The notes: generated by a model not told the origin, from the sequence alone. 64,000 bases of DNA from Planctomycetota bacterium (GCA_046290465.1 JBKAGP010000001.1:800001-864000); one strand, 5' to 3'; shown: positions 19,723 to 33,095, numbered from the stretch's first letter. A program made the numbers and translations.

Positions 19723-21723
19723 GTGATCTTGGTCCCCCACATCCGTTCCGCATCCGCGCTGGCCTTCGTGCTGGCCGCGGCTCCCGCGCTGCTCGCCCAG
19801 AACGAGAAGCCCGCTGCCGGTGGCAGCATCCGTGTGACCCCCGCCGAGCTGACGCTGCCGATCGGGCAGAGCAAGCAGCTCGAAGCCGAGATCCTCGACC
19901 CGGGCGGGCGCCCGGTCGACGGGCGACTGCTGTTCTTCAGCCGCGCGCGCCGGGCGTTGCGCTGCAGCCGCGACGGCGAGTTGACCGCGGTCGCCGCCGG
20001 CAGCCACGAGGTCGTCGTGCGCGCCATGTTCGGCGCGCAGCGCGGCCCGGAGACCACCGTGGTGGTCACCGTGCCGCACCCGACCCCGGCGGCGATCACC
20101 CTCGAGGGTGCGCCGAAGCGCCTCTACACCGGCACCACGGTGCGGGTCACCGGCGCGGTCGTCGACAAGGACGGCGTCGCGCGCAAGGACCTCGACGTCG
20201 CGTTCGCGACCACCGACCTCGAACGGCTCGCCGTCGACGCGTTCGGCTTCGTGCGCGCCTTGGCCCCGGGCAAGGCCGAGCTCAGCGTCTCGGGCGGCGG
20301 CCTCGAGAAGGAGCACGCGTTCGAGATCGTCGCCAACCCGGTGCGCGGCGTCGAACTGCTCAGCTCGCACCAGCGCGCTCGCACCGGGGACGTGGTGACG
20401 TTCGACGTGCGCCTGCAGGACAGCGACGGCCAGCCGATAGCCGACGTGCCGGTCGAGTACACGTTCCGCGCCATGCCGGACGACACGCTCGGCAACGCCG
20501 CCACCGGCCAGATCCAGGCGGACGGCCGCTTCGTCGCCGAGAAGCCCGGTCTCTACACGATCATCGCGACCTGCGGGGCCGCCAGCGACCAGTTCACGCT
20601 GCGCTGCGACGAACGCTTCGAAAAGAAGCGCAAGCTGGTCAAGGTCGGCCACGGCCCGGTGCTCGACGTGCACACGTCGGACCTGTGGGTCTGGGAGGGC
20701 GCGGACGGCCGCGACTACTGCGTGACCGGCACCTGGGGCGCCAACGGCGACGCGATCTTCTGGGACGTCACCGACCCGGCGCGGATCGAACGCATCGCGA
20801 CCGTGACCGTCGATGCGCGCACCGTCAACGACGTCAAGGTCAGCGCCGACGGCCGGCTGTGCATCATCAGCCGCGAGGGCGCCAGCAACCGCAAGAACGG
20901 CATCGTCGCGTTCGACGTCACCGACCCGCGCAAGCCCGAACGGATCAGCGAGTTCGACGACGAGCTGACCGGCGGCGTGCACAACCTGTTCATCCACGAG
21001 AACTACGCCTACGCGCTCAGCGCCGGCCGCCGCTACGACATCCTCGACATCAAGAACCCGCGCGCCCCGACCCGCGTCGGCAGCTACCAGGTGTTCGAGC
21101 CGGGTGCGTCGATCCACGACGTCTGGGTCGTGGACGGCATCGCCTACTCGTCCAACTGGCGCTACGGCCTGCACCTCGTCGACGTCGGCAACGGCATCAA
21201 GGGCGGCTCGCCGTCCAACCCGGTCAAGATCGGCAACTACGCCTACCCGAGCGGCTGGAACCACGCGGCGTTCCCGTGGCGCAGTGAGGACACCAACAAG
21301 TTCTACGTGATCGCCGGCGACGAGGCGTTCCCGTACGGCCTGTCGGTCAAGGACAACCCCACCTACCCGCGCGGCTGGATCCACTTCGTCGACTTCAGCA
21401 ACCTCGACGCGCCGCAGGAGGTCGCCCGCTACGAAGTGCCCGAGGCCGGCACGCACAACCTGTGGGTCGAGGGCAACACGATGTACGTCGCCTACTACAA
21501 CGGCGGCCTGCGCGTGGTCGACATCTCCGGCGACCTGATGGGCGACCTGTATCGTCAGGGCCGCGAGATCGCCTGGTTCCTGCCGACGCACCCGAAGGGC
21601 GTCGTGCCGAACGCGCCGATGGTCTGGGGCCCACAGCCCTACAAGGGCCACATCTTCTTCAGCGACTGGAACAGCGGCCTGTGGGCCGTCAAGCTGGTCG
21701 AGGACCGGGGACGCCGCCGATGA
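19723..21723 (+). CDS. secreted Ig-like + LVIVD-repeat protein
   Basis: Signal peptide; Big_2-like repeats; LVIVD-like 'GLHLVDV', 'GGLRVVDIS', HN/HD motifs. Confidence 0.8.
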   Translation: MILVPHIRSASALAFVLAAAPALLAQNEKPAAGGSIRVTPAELTLPIGQSKQLEAEILDPGGRPVDGRLLFFSRARRALRCSRDGELTAVAAGSHEVVVRAMFGAQRGPETTVVVTVPHPTPAAITLEGAPKRLYTGTTVRVTGAVVDKDGVARKDLDVAFATTDLERLAVDAFGFVRALAPGKAELSVSGGGLEKEHAFEIVANPVRGVELLSSHQRARTGDVVTFDVRLQDSDGQPIADVPVEYTFRAMPDDTLGNAATGQIQADGRFVAEKPGLYTIIATCGAASDQFTLRCDERFEKKRKLVKVGHGPVLDVHTSDLWVWEGADGRDYCVTGTWGANGDAIFWDVTDPARIERIATVTVDARTVNDVKVSADGRLCIISREGASNRKNGIVAFDVTDPRKPERISEFDDELTGGVHNLFIHENYAYALSAGRRYDILDIKNPRAPTRVGSYQVFEPGASIHDVWVVDGIAYSSNWRYGLHLVDVGNGIKGGSPSNPVKIGNYAYPSGWNHAAFPWRSEDTNKFYVIAGDEAFPYGLSVKDNPTYPRGWIHFVDFSNLDAPQEVARYEVPEAGTHNLWVEGNTMYVAYYNGGLRVVDISGDLMGDLYRQGREIAWFLPTHPKGVVPNAPMVWGPQPYKGHIFFSDWNSGLWAVKLVEDRGRRR

Positions 21724-22841
21724 TGCGGACCGCGGTGCTGCTGCTCGGCCTCGCGCACGGCCTCGCCGCGCAGGCTCCGTACACCGCCTACGTGGCGTGC
21801 GAGTCGTCGGACGAGGTCTACGTGGTCGACTTCGACGGCAAGGCCGCCAGTACGCGCGCCGTCGTCGAGGTCGGCTACCAGGCCACCGAGATCGAGGGCC
21901 CGCACGGGCTGACGGTCGGGCCGAACGGGGACTACTGGTACTGCTCGATCGCGCACGGCAAGCCGTTCGGCCTGCTCTACAAGTACCGCGTCGACAGCAA
22001 CGAGCTGGTCGGCGAGTGCGAACTCGGCATGTTCCCGGCGACGATGCAGATCAGCCCGCTGACCGGGCTGCTCTACGTCGTCAACTTCAACCTGCACGGC
22101 CGCATGCTGCCGAGCACGGTGTCGATCGTCGACCCCGACGCGATGGTCGAGGTCGGCCGCACCGTCACCGGCGCAATGCCGCACGGCTCGCGGCTGACCC
22201 GGAAGGGCGACCGCCACTACTCGTGCGCGATGATGTCGGGCGAACTGTACGAGATCGATGCGACCACGTTCGACGTGACCCGCAACATGCAGCTCGACGT
22301 CAACCTGCCGGAGAACCACGCGTCCGAGGCCAAGCCGACCTGGGTGTCGCCACACCCGACGGCCCCGCGGATCTACGCGGCGCTCAACGGCAAGGCGACG
22401 ATCGTCGAGGTCGACACCGACAAGTGGCTGGTGACGCGTCGGTTCGCGACCGGCAAGGGCCCCTACAACCTCGACCTGACGCCGGACGGCAAGCTGCTGG
22501 TCGCGACCTACAAGACCGACGGCGCGATCGGGATCTGGGACCTCCAGACCGGCAAGGAACGCGCCCGCATCGCCTCGTCGCGCAAGGTCACCCACGGCGT
22601 CGCGATCAGCCGCGACGGCCGCTACGCGTTCGTGACCTCGGAGTCGAAGAACGCCGACCCGGGCGTGCTCGACGTCGTCGACCTGGGACAGGACAGGATC
22701 GTGGCGACGGTCGTCGTCGGCCTGCAGGCCGGCGGGATCGCGCTGCTCGAGCCGAGCGCCGCCAGCACGAGGCAATCCCAGGACGGCAAACAGCAGCCCG
22801 GCAAGCAGAGGGCCGGCAAGCAGAAGGCCGGCAAGAACTGA
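21720..22841 (+). CDS. YncE/YVTN-family beta-propeller protein
   Basis: ATGA overlap with upstream stop; signal peptide; repeated GPHGLTV, MPHGSRL, GPYNLDLTPDG, HGVAISRDG blades. Confidence 0.8.
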   Translation: MMRTAVLLLGLAHGLAAQAPYTAYVACESSDEVYVVDFDGKAASTRAVVEVGYQATEIEGPHGLTVGPNGDYWYCSIAHGKPFGLLYKYRVDSNELVGECELGMFPATMQISPLTGLLYVVNFNLHGRMLPSTVSIVDPDAMVEVGRTVTGAMPHGSRLTRKGDRHYSCAMMSGELYEIDATTFDVTRNMQLDVNLPENHASEAKPTWVSPHPTAPRIYAALNGKATIVEVDTDKWLVTRRFATGKGPYNLDLTPDGKLLVATYKTDGAIGIWDLQTGKERARIASSRKVTHGVAISRDGRYAFVTSESKNADPGVLDVVDLGQDRIVATVVVGLQAGGIALLEPSAASTRQSQDGKQQPGKQRAGKQKAGKN

Positions 22842-22874
22842 CCGAACCTTCACGGTAAGCCCCGCACGGGTCCG

Positions 22875-25800
22875 ATGCCGCTCGGGACGCTGCGGTGCAT
22901 GATGCAACGGTTGCCTCGCCTGTTCCTGCTGCTGGCCCTGCTGGTGCCGGCCTTCTGCGGTCTCTTGCGCGCGCAGCTGCCGACGCACGGCCAGATGGTC
23001 GGCGAGGTCACCGCGACCGGCGCCGTCTACTGGACGCGCGCGTCGATCCCGGCGCTGGTCAGCGTGCAGTATTCGACCGATCCGACGCTGGCCAACTTCG
23101 CCGAGACCCCGCAGCAGGCCGCGCTGGTGTCGCGCGACCTGACCGTGCGGATCGAGCTGTCGGGCCTGCAGCCCGCGACGCGCTACTACTACCGCGCCCG
23201 CCTGACCAACCAGCCCGGACCGCTCGGCAACTTCGGGGTCGTCGGCACGTTCCGCACCGCGCCGCAGAGCGGCCAGGACCTGCCGGTGTCGATCGCGTTC
23301 TCTGGCGACGCCAACGACCTGGGCCAGTTCGGCGTGTTCCCGACGATCCTCGCCGACGCACCGGACCTGTTCCTCAACCTCGGCGACTTCCCGTACTGCG
23401 ACGGCGCGACCACGCTCGCCGACTACTGGGCCGAGCACCGCGCGATCCGCGACTCGGCGGCGCTGCACATGCTGTGCGACCAGGTCCCGTGGGTCGCGAT
23501 CTGGGACGACCACGAGGTCGTCAACAACTGGGACGCCCAGACCAGCACGACGCTGGTCGGCAACGGCACGCAGGCCTTCCGCGACTGGTTCCCGCTGCCG
23601 GACGGCCCGCTCGAGGCCTACCGTCGGTTGCGCCACGGCGCCGGCGTCGAACTGTTCGTGCTCGACACGCGCCGCTACCGCGACCTCAACAACGCCCTGC
23701 CGGCGCCGCAGAAGACACTGCTCGGCGCGACCCAGCGCGCCTGGCTCGAACAGGCCCTGCTGCAGTCGACGGCGAAGTGGAAGGTGGTCGCGACCTCGGT
23801 GCCGACCTTCTACGGCGGCACCGATTCGTGGGACGGCTACGTGCACGAACGGGAGTCGCTGCTGCAGTTCCTCGTCGACCACGACCTGCACAACGTCGTG
23901 TTCGTCGCCGCCGACCAGCACATCGCAGCGATCCGCGAGCTGCGCTCCGGCCTGCTCGAGGTCCAGGCGGGGCCGCTGGCGCAGTTCGTCGGCAGCAACA
24001 CCCACCGCCGCGAACCCGAACAACGCTGGCATGGCACCGTGCGCAACTTCGGCGTGATCGACTACGACCCGTCGACGACGCCGAGCACGCTGCGCATCCG
24101 CTTCCACGACGCCAGCGGCGCGATCCTGCGCGAACACGTCGCCACCGAGATCGTCGCGCCGGCGCGCCTGGCGGTGCACAGCGACGTGCCCGAGGCCGGC
24201 TTCGTGCTCGCCGACGGCCCGCACCTGGTGCGCGACGACGGCACCCGCGCAACCCGCGAACGGCTGCATCCCGGCAGCTACCACCTGCACGCCCGCGACC
24301 TCGCCCACGGCGACACGCCCGCGAGCTTCGAAATCGACGTGCCGCAGGGTGCCGACGTGCGGATCGCGACTTCGTACGAGGACCTGCCGGGCCCCCACCC
24401 GGTGCTGTTCGAGGAGCACTTCGACCAGCCGTTCGGCGCGCCCTGGGGCTGGACCCTGGTCGACCTGGGCACGTCGGGCCCGTCGGCGTGGCTGGTCGTC
24501 GACCGCCAGCTGAGCCAGCGCAGCAACATCGGCGGCAGTGCGCCCGCCTACGCCGGCAGCCTGGCGATCGCCGGCCAGGCGACGTGGACCGACGTCACGC
24601 TGCAGGCGCGCTTCTACTCGCGCGACAACGACTCGTGCGGCGTCGTGTTCCGCTACCGCGGTCCCGGCGACTACTACCGGGCGCGTTTCGACGCCGAGCG
24701 GCAGGTGACGCAGCTGACCCGGTTCGTCTCCGGCCAACCGACGGTGCTCGCCGAGCGCAGCAACGAACCCGGCTACGCACAGACGTTCTGGCACGACGTC
24801 ACCGTCACGGCGATCGCGGATCGCCTGCGCGTCTGGCGCAACGGCGAACTGCTGTTCGACGTCGTCGACGCAACGCACCCGGACGGCCGGATCGGCCTCT
24901 ACACGTGGGCCGATCAGCTGGTGTCGTTCGACGACGTCGTCGTGCGCGCCGGCGACGCGACCACGCGCAGCCGCCAGCAGCTGTTCGAACACGACTTCGC
25001 CAGCGGTTCGCTGGCCCCGATGACCGTCGTCGACGTCGGCACCGTCAGCGGTCCGTCGCAGTGGAGCGTGCAGAACGGCGAGGCGGTGCAGACCAGTAAC
25101 ATCGAGGACGGGGACGGCTCGCGCGCGGGGCTGCCCAAGGCCGGCACGCTGCTGCTGGCGCCGACGTTCGCGATCGACCAGGAGGTCCGCGTGCGGTTGC
25201 GCAACGACGACAACGATGCCATCGGCGTGGTGTTCCGCTACCAGGACGTGGACAACCACTACCGCTTCTCGCTCGACGCCCAGCGCCACTACCGCCGCCT
25301 GGTCAAGGTCGCGCAGGGGCAGTGGACGACGCTGTGGGAGTCCGACGACGACTATCCGCCGAGCGTCTGGCACCAGGTCTCGGTGGCGGCGCGCGGCGAC
25401 ACGCTGCGGGTCGGCTTCGACGGCCTGACGCTGTGCGAGGTCGAGGACGGCAGCCTGTCGATCGGCCGCGCCGGCGTCTACTGCTGGGCGAGCACCGGGG
25501 CGCGCTTCGACGACTTCTTGATGCAGGTGCCGCCGGCGCCGCGAGCCGTCACCGCGGCGGTGGCGACGCCGGGCCAGGAACGGATCGAGCTGTGCGCGCC
25601 CGCGAGCGCCGGTCGTCTCTACCTGCTGGCGCTGTCGGCCGCGACCACGCCCGGCATCCCGCTGGCGACGCTGCAGCCCGGCGACCTGCGCACGTGGCGG
25701 CTCAACGACGACCCGTTCTTCCAGTTCAGCCTGCAGCCGAGCTCGATCCTGGCCGGCTTCCAGGGCACGCTCGGCGCGGACGGCCGTGCGACCGCGGTGC

Positions 25801-25931
25801 TGACCTGGCCGCCGGTCGCCTCGCAGCTGCTCGGCGGCGGCACGTTGTTCTGCGGCGGCATCACCTACGATCCCAACCAGGGCACCTGGGGCGAGCTGTT
25901 CCCGACGCTGCCGTTGACGATCCCGCGCTGA
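22875..25931 (+). CDS. PhoD-family alkaline phosphatase with two lectin/ConA-like domains and C-terminal domain
   Basis: GDFPYCD, WDDHEV, LDTRRYRD, LLGATQRAWL, DSWDGY, ADQH PhoD motifs; duplicated 'DND..GVVFRY' domains; true start may be 22899/22902. Confidence 0.85.
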   Translation: MPLGTLRCMMQRLPRLFLLLALLVPAFCGLLRAQLPTHGQMVGEVTATGAVYWTRASIPALVSVQYSTDPTLANFAETPQQAALVSRDLTVRIELSGLQPATRYYYRARLTNQPGPLGNFGVVGTFRTAPQSGQDLPVSIAFSGDANDLGQFGVFPTILADAPDLFLNLGDFPYCDGATTLADYWAEHRAIRDSAALHMLCDQVPWVAIWDDHEVVNNWDAQTSTTLVGNGTQAFRDWFPLPDGPLEAYRRLRHGAGVELFVLDTRRYRDLNNALPAPQKTLLGATQRAWLEQALLQSTAKWKVVATSVPTFYGGTDSWDGYVHERESLLQFLVDHDLHNVVFVAADQHIAAIRELRSGLLEVQAGPLAQFVGSNTHRREPEQRWHGTVRNFGVIDYDPSTTPSTLRIRFHDASGAILREHVATEIVAPARLAVHSDVPEAGFVLADGPHLVRDDGTRATRERLHPGSYHLHARDLAHGDTPASFEIDVPQGADVRIATSYEDLPGPHPVLFEEHFDQPFGAPWGWTLVDLGTSGPSAWLVVDRQLSQRSNIGGSAPAYAGSLAIAGQATWTDVTLQARFYSRDNDSCGVVFRYRGPGDYYRARFDAERQVTQLTRFVSGQPTVLAERSNEPGYAQTFWHDVTVTAIADRLRVWRNGELLFDVVDATHPDGRIGLYTWADQLVSFDDVVVRAGDATTRSRQQLFEHDFASGSLAPMTVVDVGTVSGPSQWSVQNGEAVQTSNIEDGDGSRAGLPKAGTLLLAPTFAIDQEVRVRLRNDDNDAIGVVFRYQDVDNHYRFSLDAQRHYRRLVKVAQGQWTTLWESDDDYPPSVWHQVSVAARGDTLRVGFDGLTLCEVEDGSLSIGRAGVYCWASTGARFDDFLMQVPPAPRAVTAAVATPGQERIELCAPASAGRLYLLALSAATTPGIPLATLQPGDLRTWRLNDDPFFQFSLQPSSILAGFQGTLGADGRATAVLTWPPVASQLLGGGTLFCGGITYDPNQGTWGELFPTLPLTIPR

Positions 25932-25955
25932 CCGGCGGGGTCCGGCCGCGGCGCG

Positions 25956-27206
25956 CTACTGCCAGGCTTCGAGCAGTCGCCGGCACTCGCCGAGCAGCCA
26001 GTCCGACTGCTCGAACGGCCGTTCGCTGATGTCCTGCCACAGGATCCGGCCCTTGCCGTCGACCAGGAACGTGCCGTGCAGCGCTTCGTTCTGGAACTGG
26101 TCCCAGACGCTCCACTGCCGGAACACGTCGCCCTTCGGATCGCACAGCACGTCGAAGTGCAGCGGGTCGACGCCGTTCTCCTGCGCGGCCTGCTGTGCGG
26201 CCTTGACCTGTTCGATCGAGTCGGTGCCGACCGACACCACCTCGATGCCCGCAGCGCGGAACCTGGCGGCCTTCGGGTCGAGGTCCTTCAGCTGCGCGAC
26301 ACAGTGCGCGCAGCCGAAGCCGAGGAAGAACACGACCAGCGTCGGCTTGCCGGCCTGCGGATCGAACGTCGCCTTGCCGCCGAAGCCGTCGGGCAACGTG
26401 AAGCCGGTCGCCTCGCGCGGCGCCCACAGGTCGGTGCCGACCTGCTCGAGTCCGGGCAGCGCCTGCACCGCGCGCTTCTCCCGGACGTCGGGGTGCCGCG
26501 GCAGCCGCGCCAGCTGCCGTGCGCGCTCGGCCTCGTCCGTGACGTAGCGGGCGACCAGCGCCGCGTAGCCGGGGATCTCGAACGGCATCGCGCGCCACTG
26601 CTTCAGGTAGGCGTGGTGGCGTCGCAGCACCCCCTCGACCTCGTCGTCCTTGGGCAGGTGCGTGTCGCCCAGCCGGGCGCGCTCGACCTGGATCAGATCC
26701 AGCGGCAGCACCTCCTCGTCGGGGTGCGCGCGCGCGATGTTGCGGAGGTCGCGCACGTACTGCAGGTTGCGCACCCGCGGCGGCAGCTCGGCGAACCGTT
26801 CGTCGACGATCTCCGGCTGCGCGTCGACCCCGAAGTAGCGCTGCAGCGCGTCGACCAGCGCCTGCACGCCGGCGGAGCCGTGCTGCTTGCGCAGCACCGC
26901 CTCCCAGCAGTGCCGGGCCGCGCGGTTGGGATCGTGGCGCATGCCGAGCGCCAGCAGCGCGTGCGGCAGGGGTGCCTTCTCGTCGGCGACCATCAGCTCG
27001 CGGCACAGCCGCGCCGCCTCCCAGTCCCAGCCGGCGTAGAGCCGCATCGTGATCTTCTCGACGACCTTGGCGTCGGCGGCGGCCCCCGGCGCGCGCAGGT
27101 GCGGCAGGTCGAGCCCCGGATCCTGTGCCGAGAGCGAGGCCGGCAACGACGTTGCCAGCGGCACGAGAGCGACGAGTGCGAGCAGGGGCGGCGCGATCCG
27201 GAGCAT
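25956..27206 (-). CDS. exported redoxin (AhpC/TSA-like thioredoxin fold) with N-terminal helical domain
   Basis: Signal peptide; C-terminal VVFFLGFGCAHCVAQL...HGTFLVDGKGRILWQ. Confidence 0.8.
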   Translation of the reverse strand: MLRIAPPLLALVALVPLATSLPASLSAQDPGLDLPHLRAPGAAADAKVVEKITMRLYAGWDWEAARLCRELMVADEKAPLPHALLALGMRHDPNRAARHCWEAVLRKQHGSAGVQALVDALQRYFGVDAQPEIVDERFAELPPRVRNLQYVRDLRNIARAHPDEEVLPLDLIQVERARLGDTHLPKDDEVEGVLRRHHAYLKQWRAMPFEIPGYAALVARYVTDEAERARQLARLPRHPDVREKRAVQALPGLEQVGTDLWAPREATGFTLPDGFGGKATFDPQAGKPTLVVFFLGFGCAHCVAQLKDLDPKAARFRAAGIEVVSVGTDSIEQVKAAQQAAQENGVDPLHFDVLCDPKGDVFRQWSVWDQFQNEALHGTFLVDGKGRILWQDISERPFEQSDWLLGECRRLLEAWQ

Positions 27207-27295
27207 GCCCGGGAATATACCGGCGCAAGCCGCCGTCGCGAACCGACCCGCTGCTGCCGGGAATGCGGCGGCGCCGGGCTCGTCTCAAAGCTGCA

Positions 27296-28510
27296 ATGCA
27301 CACCATCGAGCGCCGGTCCGGCAGCGCCGGCTTCACCCTGATCGAGCTGCTGATCGTCACCGCCATCCTCGGCCTGCTCGCGGTGTTCGCGAGCCACGCG
27401 CTGGTCGGCCTCGCCGACGACGTGGTCGTGCCCGCCGCCGGCCCCGCGACCGTCGACGTCGCGGCGTCGCAGGCGGCACGGCTGGTCCAGCTCGCCGGCG
27501 TCGCGGTGCTGCTGTTCGGCGCCGGCTTCTGGTATCTGGCCAACCTGCATCGTCCCGGCCAGCTCGACCGCTTCCGGCTCGGCCACTTCCTGCTGGTCGC
27601 GCTGACCTACTCGCTGTTCTTCGTCGCGTTCGCGGTGCTCGACGGGCGCGGCTGGTCGATGGCCGCCGCCGTCTCGCTCGCCGCTGCGGTGTCGTATCCG
27701 CTGGTCACGCTGCACGTCGCAACGATCACCGGCTGGCGCTTCGCGCTGCTCGCGGCCCTGCCGCTGACGGCGTGGACCACCGGCATCGTCGTCAACGGCG
27801 TCTACGGCGGCGAGCTGCGCAGCCTGATCTACCTCGGCATGCTGGCCACGGCCGTCGCCTTCTTGACCTGGACCTACCCGCGCCTGATGCGCGGCATCGA
27901 GGGCCATCGCGAACAGCTCCAGCAGCGGCTGCTGCGCGAGGCCGACGAGGTCGCCGACTTGGCCGCCCAGCTGCGCGAACGGCTGGTGGCGGCCGAAGTG
28001 CTGCTGCGCACGCCCGACCACGACGAAGGCCACGGCCTGCGCCGCTGGCTCGAGCAGCGCGTCGAGCACGGCCAGCGCACGCTCGAACTGGCCCAGGGCC
28101 TGGCCCGCACCTCCGAACGGGTGCGCTACCTGACCGGCCGGATCGAGCGGCACCAGGCCTGCCTCGACGGCCTGACCAGCTCGCGCCAGCTGCGCGAACG
28201 GATCCCGCCCGCGATCGAGTCGCTGCAGGCCACCACCGCCCACCTGGCCAGCCACCGCGAGCAGCACGCGCCACCGCCGCCGCCAGCCGCCGACGTCGAT
28301 CGGCGCCACTGCATCGGCTGCGGCCACGGCAACCCGGCCGACGCCCGCTTCTGCGCCAACTGCGGTCGGCCGAGCACCGAGCGGCGCGAGTGCCGCCGCT
28401 GCGCGCACGTGCTGCACCTGCCGCCGCACCTGCTGCGCGAACGAGCCGAGGACGAGGCCGCGGCGACCTACTGCCACTGCTGCGGCGAGCGGCACGCCGA
28501 GGCTGGCTGA
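27296..28510 (+). CDS. prepilin-type N-terminal cleavage/methylation motif + polytopic CreD-like membrane domain + double zinc ribbon
   Basis: G|FTLIELLIV; 5-6 further TM helices; coiled coil; CxxC pairs CIGC, CANC, CRRC, CHCC. Confidence 0.7.
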   Translation: MHTIERRSGSAGFTLIELLIVTAILGLLAVFASHALVGLADDVVVPAAGPATVDVAASQAARLVQLAGVAVLLFGAGFWYLANLHRPGQLDRFRLGHFLLVALTYSLFFVAFAVLDGRGWSMAAAVSLAAAVSYPLVTLHVATITGWRFALLAALPLTAWTTGIVVNGVYGGELRSLIYLGMLATAVAFLTWTYPRLMRGIEGHREQLQQRLLREADEVADLAAQLRERLVAAEVLLRTPDHDEGHGLRRWLEQRVEHGQRTLELAQGLARTSERVRYLTGRIERHQACLDGLTSSRQLRERIPPAIESLQATTAHLASHREQHAPPPPPAADVDRRHCIGCGHGNPADARFCANCGRPSTERRECRRCAHVLHLPPHLLRERAEDEAAATYCHCCGERHAEAG

Positions 28511-28612
28511 CCTTGCTCGGCAACCTGCCAAACCCTCTTCACCCAAGCGGGGCGGAGTCCTATCCTGTTCGCCCCGCAAGCCGGCAGTCCCGGCGCGCGC
28601 CGCACCCCGCCC

Positions 28613-31489
<2,877 letters not shown>

Positions 31490-31536
31490 GCGCGCGGGTT
31501 AGGCCTGTGCGGCGAACTGCGGTAGCATTGCCGCGC

Positions 31537-33039
31537 ATGCGCAAGGTCCTCTCTGTCGCGTGCGTGCTGCTGCTCGGCCTGCCGGCGGTGGCGCAGGTCC
31601 ACTACCATCCCGACGGCCGACCCTGGAAGCAGAAGGCCAACGACGGACCGGACCAGGTCGTCGACGGCTGGTACTACAACCTCGGCGTCACCGGCATCCG
31701 CGTCGAGCTGATCGAGGCCGCGCCGACGCACCTGGTCGTGCGGCACGTGTTCGACGGCTCCCCCGCCGCCCGCCGGCTGCGCGTCGGGGACCACATCGTC
31801 GGCGCCGCGGGCAAGCCGTTCGTCGAGCCGCACCGCAACGGCTACGGCATGAAGGTGTTCGGCGCCCACGGCCCGATCCGCGACTTCGCTGACGCGCTGG
31901 AGGCTGCGCTCGGCGGCAAGGGTCGCGCCAAGGGCCGCCTGCAGCTGTCGCTGCTGCGCGACGGCAAGCCGATCGACGTCACGCTCAAGCTCGGGGCGAA
32001 GCACGGCGCCTACGCATCGACGTTCCCCGACGACTGCGACAAGACCGAGAAGCTGCTGCCGGAGCTGCTCGACTGGCTGCAGGACCAGCAGCGCGACGAC
32101 GGCTCGTTCGGCAGCCCGCCCGACAACCTGTTCGCGCCGCTGGCGATGCTCAGCAGTGGCAGGTCCAAGTACCGCAAGTCGATCGAACGCGCCGCCCGCT
32201 GCCACGCGCGCACGACCAGCGCCAAGGACCACGGCTCGCTGATCAACTGGCGCTACGTGGCGGCCGGGATCTTCTTGTCGGAGTACTACCTGGCCACGCG
32301 CGAGAAGTGGGTGCTGGAGGAGCTGCAGCAGGTGCACGACTTCTTGATGCACAGCCAGTACACCGACCGTTCGCAGATCAACCCGAAGGCCTACGAGAGC
32401 CACCCCGATGCCGTTCCCAAACAGGCGGGCAAGGCCGAGGGCGGCTGGGGCCACAACCCGGGCTTCGAAGGCTACGGCCCGATCGCGATGATCACCGGCC
32501 AGGGTGCGCTGGCGCTGGCACTGATGCAGAAGTGCGGGATCGAGGTCGACCGGCAGCGGCACGAGAGCGCCTACGGGTTCCTCGCGCGCGGCACGGGTCG
32601 CAACGGCTACGTCTGGTACGGCGACGAGGTCGCCGGCCACGACCGCTACGCCGACATGGGCCGGACCGGCGCCGCCGGCATCGCCTGTGCGCTGAGCCCG
32701 TGGCCCGGCGACTACCGCGAACGCGCGCTCGCCCATGCCCGCTGCATCGGCGCGCATCCCGACAGCTTTCCCGACACGCACGGCAGCCCGACGATGGGCA
32801 TGGCGTTCGCCGCGCTCGCCGCCAACGTCGACGAGCCGAGCTTCCGCCGGCTGATGGCGAGCAATCGCTGGTGGTTCACGCTGTCCCGCTGCGCCGACGA
32901 CGGCACGTTCTACTACCAGCCCAACCGCGACAACGCCGGCTACGGCGGCGACTCGCGCCGCAAGCCGACGGCGGTGGTCGCGCTGATCTTCTCGATCCCG
33001 CAGAAGAACCTGGTGATCACCGGCAAGCAGGTGAAGTGA
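31537..33039 (+). CDS. DUF6288-like secreted protein (PDZ + alpha/alpha barrel)
   Basis: Signal peptide; NLGVTG; PDZ-like GSPAARRLRVGDHIVG; QRDDGSFG; HGSP..G motif. Confidence 0.65.
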   Translation: MRKVLSVACVLLLGLPAVAQVHYHPDGRPWKQKANDGPDQVVDGWYYNLGVTGIRVELIEAAPTHLVVRHVFDGSPAARRLRVGDHIVGAAGKPFVEPHRNGYGMKVFGAHGPIRDFADALEAALGGKGRAKGRLQLSLLRDGKPIDVTLKLGAKHGAYASTFPDDCDKTEKLLPELLDWLQDQQRDDGSFGSPPDNLFAPLAMLSSGRSKYRKSIERAARCHARTTSAKDHGSLINWRYVAAGIFLSEYYLATREKWVLEELQQVHDFLMHSQYTDRSQINPKAYESHPDAVPKQAGKAEGGWGHNPGFEGYGPIAMITGQGALALALMQKCGIEVDRQRHESAYGFLARGTGRNGYVWYGDEVAGHDRYADMGRTGAAGIACALSPWPGDYRERALAHARCIGAHPDSFPDTHGSPTMGMAFAALAANVDEPSFRRLMASNRWWFTLSRCADDGTFYYQPNRDNAGYGGDSRRKPTAVVALIFSIPQKNLVITGKQVK

Positions 33040-33095
33040 CGGCCAGCATGCTGCCGCACCTGGGCAGCCGCCTGCGAGCGATCTACGATCGCGTC

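Noticed and set aside
22784..22838. 15-bp repeats encoding GKQQP-GKQRA-GKQKA at the YncE-like C-terminus
   Set aside because: Ordinary low-complexity tail with no evidence of function
28511..28612. Possible glycine riboswitch upstream of gcvP
   Set aside because: Only ~100 nt and lacks the GGAGA/CCGAAG/CTCTCAGG aptamer signatures
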